Source: Candidatus Poribacteria bacterium (lineage in GTDB: Bacteria; Poribacteria; WGA-4E; WGA-3G). From it: a stretch of 64,000 nucleotides of DNA. The translations under genes and the position numbers were made by a program. A model generated the notes under the pieces. The model saw nothing but the letters and a program-made list of their open reading frames with translations, was not told the origin of the DNA and made no database searches. The stretch is from NCBI GenBank assembly GCA_965198235.1, contig OZ240248.1:3456001-3520000 (forward strand). The letters are read 5' to 3'. How positions within the stretch are numbered: position 1 is the first letter of the stretch; each line of letters begins with the position of its first letter. Below are positions 58,748 through 64,000 of the stretch, one piece after another.

Positions 58748-60349
58748 ATGAGAACGTTCGGAACCCAAGGTCCCGTAACTCCTGAAGTAAACTACGTTGT
58801 GAGTCGCGACGAGGAGCTTGCGGATTTTATCGACAGAGTGAAAAGGGGCAAGTACATCGTCCTCTTTGCGCCTCGACAGACGGGCAAGACGACCTTTTTC
58901 CGTGCTGCTATAGATGCCCTCATAACCGAAGCATATTTCCCAATTCAACTAAATTTCGAGGCGTATGTTGACTTAACGCCTGCCGCTTTTTACGGCTATC
59001 TTCTCAGGGATGTTTGCAGGGCAATTGAGTCCGTTTTCCAGAGACGAGGCAGCGTCCCCCCTGAGACTTTGGAACAATTTTTGACGGACGTTGAAATAAC
59101 AGACCATGTTTCGATGCGAAATTTCTTCCAACAACTCGCTGGTTTTCTGGTACACCCTGATAGCGAGCAGAAGGTTGTCCTTATCATTGATGAATTTGAT
59201 GCTATTCCTCCAGAAGCCGTGCGTGGTTTTCTACATTCACTCCGCTCCATTTACCTCGACAATTCGGGTTTCCGATGTCCTTATAGCGTCGGCATTGTCG
59301 GGGTCAAGAACATCACACAACTCAACTATGACCGGTCAATCTCCCCGTTCAATATTCAAGATGAGTTCCACTTGCCCAATTTCACACCCTTGCAGGTCCA
59401 TGAGCTGCTTGAGCAGTATAGCAACGAAGTAGGTCAAGACTTCGCACCTGAAGTTATCACTTCTATTCACAAGCAGACGGCTGGGCAACCGTTCCTCGTC
59501 AATCGGTGCGCGCAGATTGTTACTGAAGCAATAGGCGTTCCTAAAAATGAAACGATTACGATGGCGCACTTTTCAAGGGCGCATACGCAGCTCCTTGAGG
59601 AAGGGAACGCCAATATTAGTCATCTGCTTACCAATATCCGCAGGGACCGCCGTTTTGAAAGCGTCCTCATGAGAATCGCTTCTTATGAGAGAGGTTTGCG
59701 TTTCAATCCAGACGATGAAATCATAGCCGAACTCGCTATGTATGGGGTAATTGCGAAAAGTACTGACGGAATGTGTGAAATCATGAATCCGATCTATCAA
59801 CATCGCATTCTACAAGCGTTCAAACCGCTATTTAATGGGCTGGAAAATGAGTATTTCTCCGAAGAAAATGGGGATGATTTCATTGATTACCTTACCGTTG
59901 ATGAAGTGATCGAGATGGGCCCGCTCCTTGATAACTTTCAGGCGTTCATTGCGCGAGCCGGTTTTCGTATCCTGCAAGTACCAGATACGCCACAAGAGTA
60001 TGTCGGCCAACATCTACTTTATGCCTATCTGGACCATTTTGTCGGTATCATTGGTGCTAATATGTTTCTTGAAGTCCAAACCGGACGCGGGAGGATAGAC
60101 CTCCTTATCGTCCACAATCAACGAAAATACATTGTTGAGACAAAAATCTGGGAAGGCGACAGGTACTATCAGGCGGGCAAGAAGCAACTCGCTACGTATC
60201 TCAAATTGGAGAACGCGCAGGAAGGATATTATGTTGTATTTGATCATCGGAACAACCCTACGGCACGCGTCGAGACGGAGACGGTGAACGGTTTGACAAT
60301 CCGAAGTTACGTTATTCCTGTGATACAAGAACAACCCTCATCAACTTAG
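58748..60349 (+). CDS. AAA-like (STAND-related) ATPase with a C-terminal PD-(D/E)XK nuclease-like domain
   Basis: APRQTGKTT Walker A, IIDEFD Walker B, SPFNI, T.GQPFLV; GRGRIDLLI….IVETK. Confidence 0.88.
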   Translation: MRTFGTQGPVTPEVNYVVSRDEELADFIDRVKRGKYIVLFAPRQTGKTTFFRAAIDALITEAYFPIQLNFEAYVDLTPAAFYGYLLRDVCRAIESVFQRRGSVPPETLEQFLTDVEITDHVSMRNFFQQLAGFLVHPDSEQKVVLIIDEFDAIPPEAVRGFLHSLRSIYLDNSGFRCPYSVGIVGVKNITQLNYDRSISPFNIQDEFHLPNFTPLQVHELLEQYSNEVGQDFAPEVITSIHKQTAGQPFLVNRCAQIVTEAIGVPKNETITMAHFSRAHTQLLEEGNANISHLLTNIRRDRRFESVLMRIASYERGLRFNPDDEIIAELAMYGVIAKSTDGMCEIMNPIYQHRILQAFKPLFNGLENEYFSEENGDDFIDYLTVDEVIEMGPLLDNFQAFIARAGFRILQVPDTPQEYVGQHLLYAYLDHFVGIIGANMFLEVQTGRGRIDLLIVHNQRKYIVETKIWEGDRYYQAGKKQLATYLKLENAQEGYYVVFDHRNNPTARVETETVNGLTIRSYVIPVIQEQPSST

Positions 60350-60387
60350 AGTAGGTGTCCCCTGATTTGCTACCTGCCTATCAACCA

Positions 60388-61569
60388 TCAAACCACTTCC
60401 ATCCAAACCCCCGGCACGAACCCCGGATACTCTCCCTCACTGAACGCTGGATAATAGACATCCTCGCCACTGAAATCGTGAACCGTTTCTCCACCGCTGC
60501 TGTTCGGAATATGCACCCTACAGGTATATTCGCTCTCTCTGAAAAGTTGCTGCGGTGTCGGTGTAGACGCATCAACGCTATACGTTGACAGTGCCATCTC
60601 ATCCACCGTAATCCCCAACCCTGGCGAATTCGAAACCTGAATCGTCCCATCAACGACAGGGAGTCGCGTCTCAAGCAGATCCGATTCCCATAACTCATGA
60701 CACGTAATCGCTGGCAATTCCGCTTGCGATAACACCGCACCGAGATGCACCGAGTATGCCGTTGTGATACCCGTGCCGACCATCTGGAGCCAGTAAGGTT
60801 GCGCAAACGAAGCACAGAGCGCGTTCGTCCGCAGGAGCGAGTTCACACCACCGCCGACAACGAACCCACCGCAACAGCGCGCATGCAAACACGATTCGTT
60901 GAAATGCTCGACGATCCGATTCTGAACAGCCGCTTGCAATCGCGCCGCACCCTCTACGTCCGTGCCGAGATAGTACGGACTCTCGTATATGGCGACGTTC
61001 GGATGTTCATCTAATTGTTGCAACACGGGGATCGCGTTATCCGCAGTCCGTAGAAACCCGTTGAAATCAATATCGAGCCGATAGTTTGCTGGTACGGCAT
61101 CCCCGACGACGTTCACCTGCGCGAAGATGTCCCGCCACGGACGCGCTTTCAGTTTCGCAGACGTGTAACCCCGTTTGACCGATTCTTGGACTTCCGCGAC
61201 CCAGTCTTCTGGCGGCATATCGATGTCCCACCACGAAATAGGACACCTCTCACGAACCTTAGCTCCGATGAGTTGATAGGCTGGCACATCTACGGATTTG
61301 CCGACTGCGTCGAAAAGCGACATCTGGATACCGAACCCGATGCTGTCGTCGTTCATACATGCGAACGCGTTCTGTCCGATGACTTGTTCAATATTCGCCG
61401 ATTCATCTGCTAAATTTTCGCCGTATCCGACTACGCCGTTACTAAGTTCGACTCGGTAAACGTGAACCCGTTCACCGTGTGTCAAAGCACGGTGCATGTG
61501 TCGGCTGACCCGTTCATGATAGAATGGCACGTTCAACGGAATCGCTTCGAGATGTTTGATGCTGAGCAT
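60388..61569 (-). CDS. Enolase superfamily (mandelate racemase/muconate lactonizing enzyme-like)
   Basis: G.GE, D.VGK..DVP.YQL.G, K.K, DFN, ESP, PGLGI..DE. Confidence 0.85.
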   Translation of the reverse strand: MLSIKHLEAIPLNVPFYHERVSRHMHRALTHGERVHVYRVELSNGVVGYGENLADESANIEQVIGQNAFACMNDDSIGFGIQMSLFDAVGKSVDVPAYQLIGAKVRERCPISWWDIDMPPEDWVAEVQESVKRGYTSAKLKARPWRDIFAQVNVVGDAVPANYRLDIDFNGFLRTADNAIPVLQQLDEHPNVAIYESPYYLGTDVEGAARLQAAVQNRIVEHFNESCLHARCCGGFVVGGGVNSLLRTNALCASFAQPYWLQMVGTGITTAYSVHLGAVLSQAELPAITCHELWESDLLETRLPVVDGTIQVSNSPGLGITVDEMALSTYSVDASTPTPQQLFRESEYTCRVHIPNSSGGETVHDFSGEDVYYPAFSEGEYPGFVPGVWMEVV

Positions 61570-61855
61570 AAACTCCTCCCCAAATTGATACTGTCGCTAA
61601 TCAGGGTTTCAACCTCGTGTTTCGCTTATATTCCTCCAAATTGTAGCACACTTCCAAAATTGTGGGTAAAAATATTGCCAGGGCGGACTCCCTGTAGGAG
61701 GGATCCCCGAATCCCGACTTCTCCGCATATATTTCCTTGAAGAAAACCGACGTGATTTGCAACGAAAAGTGAAAATAGGCAATCGTGAGTTCTATTGAGC
61801 ACTGACAATCCAAAACTGAACACTGACGACTGAGAACTGATAACTAACAACGCAG

Positions 61856-61884
61856 TTGACACGTCCGCCTTTTGTTGGTATAAT
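61856..61884 (+). promoter_or_regulatory. sigma70 promoter for the phyH-SUMF1 genes
   Basis: Perfect TTGACA-N17-TATAAT. Confidence 0.75.
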
Positions 61885-61940
61885 ATCTTTAACATTTCCG
61901 ACATTAAAACACCGTGACGTTCACAAGCAAGGAGCGAATT

Positions 61941-62810
61941 ATGGCAAGAATCGAACCCTTTTCTGTTTCAAATGACCTCTTAGATCAACCTGAAAAACTC
62001 AGAGAACGCGCACAGCAGGACGGTTATCTCTTCTTTCGGGACTTGATTGATGCCGATTCTATCTACAACCTGCGCCGAGATTTCTTGGGGATCTGTCATC
62101 GACACGGATGGGCACAGGGTGGCGCGGCATTGATGGACGGTGTCCGCACCGGCGGTCCCTTCATGGAAGGCGATGACGGTTATTGGCCCGTGTTAGACGA
62201 ATTCCAAAGTTTGGAATCCTTCCACGCCTTCGCACATCATCCAGCGATTTTAGATGTCTGTGACAAAATCTTCGGTGAGAAGACACTCGTGCATCCGCGG
62301 AATATTGGAAGAATTATGTTCCCGGAGAACACAAAATACACGACACCTGCACATCAAGATTTCATCCATATCCGGGGAACGGAAGAGACCTATACCGGAT
62401 GGATACCGCTTGGGGATTGTCCAGAAAAGTTGGGTGGGTTGTCCGTGTTATCTGGATCGCATCAAAGAGGTATATATCCAGTCAAACCGGCGTTCGGCGC
62501 GGGAGGAGTCGGTGTTGATACAGCACCCTTAGAAGCAGATGGATTCTACTGGGTTGGTGGTGATTACGGTATCGGCGATGCGCTTTTCTTTCACAGTCAC
62601 GTCGTTCACAAGGGACTCCCGAATCAGACCTCGGATCGGATACGTCTCTCGGTGGATTATCGCTATCAAGGCGGCTCCAAGCCAGTAACAGACGGATCGC
62701 TTTTACCGCATTTCAACCGGATGGTGTGGGACGAAATCTACAAGGACTGGGCTTCCACGAAATATCAGTATTATTGGAATGCGTTTGATTTGAACAGAGT
62801 TGAACGGTGA
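61941..62810 (+). CDS. Phytanoyl-CoA dioxygenase (PhyH) family protein
   Basis: DGYLFFR, TPAHQD, WIPLGD…GGL.VL.GSH, H..LPN…RLS.D.RYQ; AAGGAG RBS. Confidence 0.9.
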   Translation: MARIEPFSVSNDLLDQPEKLRERAQQDGYLFFRDLIDADSIYNLRRDFLGICHRHGWAQGGAALMDGVRTGGPFMEGDDGYWPVLDEFQSLESFHAFAHHPAILDVCDKIFGEKTLVHPRNIGRIMFPENTKYTTPAHQDFIHIRGTEETYTGWIPLGDCPEKLGGLSVLSGSHQRGIYPVKPAFGAGGVGVDTAPLEADGFYWVGGDYGIGDALFFHSHVVHKGLPNQTSDRIRLSVDYRYQGGSKPVTDGSLLPHFNRMVWDEIYKDWASTKYQYYWNAFDLNRVER

Positions 62811-63595
62811 AAAGTATTCTGCGGATCCTATTCTATGGCACTTTCTGCTTTATAGTGAGCCTATCTGTGCAGGCACCCGATATGGTTCTCATTCCAGCGG
62901 GCGGGTTCCAGATGGGGAGCGACGATGGAGAACGCGACGAAAAACCGGTGCATACCGTTTACCTTGATGCGTTCTATATCGACCCATACGAAGTAACAGT
63001 TGGGGAATACAAACGGTTCCTTGAAGACACAAACCATCGACCCTTACCGAACTCGGTTTCTCGGACCTCACCAACCGATCAGCATCCTGCCGTAGAGGTA
63101 AGTTGGCACGATGCGATGGCGTATGCCCAATGGGCAGGGAAGCGATTACCTACCGAAGCCGAATGGGAAAAAGCTGCACGAGGTGGTTTAATCGGACAGG
63201 ACTATCCATGGGAAGGTCCGATTGATGCGAACAAAGCAAATTACGGCAAGAAAACGAAATCCGGCACGCATGAGGAACGCACGACACCTGTAGGGACATA
63301 TCCTGCCAATGGCTACGGTTTATACGATATGTCTGGAAACGTCGCGGAGTGGTGCCTTGATACATATCAACGAAAGTTTTATGCGAATGGGCAGCAGCGC
63401 AATCCTATTGCTGGTGCTGAAAACGTTCAACAGATTATCGCAGATGCTGATGCTAATAGAGAACGGCGTGTTGTCCGTGGCGGGTCTTGGAGTTTCAATG
63501 CAAAAAGCGTGCGCGTCGCAAATCGTCTCGCTGAAAAACCGCCTCTGTTGAGTAGTGATGTTGGGTTTCGTTGCGCGCGCGACGTGAAACCTTAA
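62807..63595 (+). CDS. Formylglycine-generating enzyme (SUMF1/FGE-sulfatase) domain protein
   Basis: IPAG.F.MG, E.P.H.V, RLPTEAEWEKAARG, N.YGLYDMSGNV.EW, RGGSW, GFRC; lacks the catalytic Cys pair. Confidence 0.9.
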   Translation: MKSILRILFYGTFCFIVSLSVQAPDMVLIPAGGFQMGSDDGERDEKPVHTVYLDAFYIDPYEVTVGEYKRFLEDTNHRPLPNSVSRTSPTDQHPAVEVSWHDAMAYAQWAGKRLPTEAEWEKAARGGLIGQDYPWEGPIDANKANYGKKTKSGTHEERTTPVGTYPANGYGLYDMSGNVAEWCLDTYQRKFYANGQQRNPIAGAENVQQIIADADANRERRVVRGGSWSFNAKSVRVANRLAEKPPLLSSDVGFRCARDVKP

Positions 63596-63650
63596 AAGTA
63601 GTAGGCACACGCCGTGTGCCGTCATAATAGTTCCAAGGAAAAAGAAGCCA

Positions 63651-64000
63651 TTGATCAAATTGCAACAACGAAAACCTAATACAGCAGATATTATCTACTT
63701 TGTAGTGGTGTTAATCGGATGGATAGGAATCGCTGTTTTACCTGTCGCCGCTGAAAACTACACCGGTGATTTTTTGACGAACGGGGTTGGCGGTAGAGCC
63801 CTCGGATTGGGCGGTGCCTACGTAAGCATCGCTGACGATGCAACCGCTACCTATTGGAACCCCGCCGGCATCGCGGGTATCCCCGATAATTATCAATTCT
63901 GTCTGATGCACGCCGCACGGCGTTCCGGATTAGGCGCGTTCAACTATATCAGTGGCACAACACAAGTCCTGTCGAAACTCAACCTCGGATTGTCGTGGCT
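63651..64000 (+). CDS. PorV/PorQ (UPF0164, FadL-like) outer-membrane beta-barrel protein, partial
   Basis: Not in the ORF track (runs off the window); translation …AENYTGDFLTNGVGGRALGLGGAYVSIADDATATYWNPAGIA. Confidence 0.8.
   Translation, partial: MIKLQQRKPNTADIIYFVVVLIGWIGIAVLPVAAENYTGDFLTNGVGGRALGLGGAYVSIADDATATYWNPAGIAGIPDNYQFCLMHAARRSGLGAFNYISGTTQVLSKLNLGLSW

Noticed and set aside
1-64000. tRNA, rRNA, reverse transcriptase (retron/DGR) or prophage genes
   Set aside because: No cloverleaf, rRNA-like sequence, RT motifs or phage structural genes were recognised by eye; tRNAscan-SE/Infernal would be needed to exclude atypical RNAs

Overview
64 kb of a bacterial chromosome. Gene content suggests Candidatus Poribacteria: multiple PhyH dioxygenases, an FG-GAP/CRTAC1 protein, a secreted protein ending in 'AVE..KLTTTWG.LK', a PorV-like gene and dense REP/MITE-like intergenic repeats (inference, not a database result). 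Housekeeping and metabolic genes include cysC, lexA, a class A PBP, uvrB, an M16 peptidase pair, cstA, xylA, thrC, scpAB, a tRNA nucleotidyltransferase and a GT9 heptosyltransferase. I found no rRNA, tRNA or CRISPR array. Main observations: (1) A rhodanese-MoeB/E1-like gene is split in the ORF track by an in-frame UGA exactly at the conserved active-site Cys, followed by a SECIS-like hairpin, so it is probably a selenoprotein. (2) A decayed type III R-M/HEPN defence locus has an intact mod, a HEPN gene hit by two different IS elements 11 bp apart that reconstructs to a 449-aa ORF, and a probable res remnant reduced to about 56 codons. (3) Three MITEs share the terminal repeats and 5-bp target duplications of the resident IS701-type element but have unrelated interiors. 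(4) Two TnpB-depleted elements keep a promoter and the omegaRNA-type right end. (5) A candidate structured (kissing-loop) leader RNA lies between two paralogous small membrane-protein genes upstream of a tyrosine recombinase.
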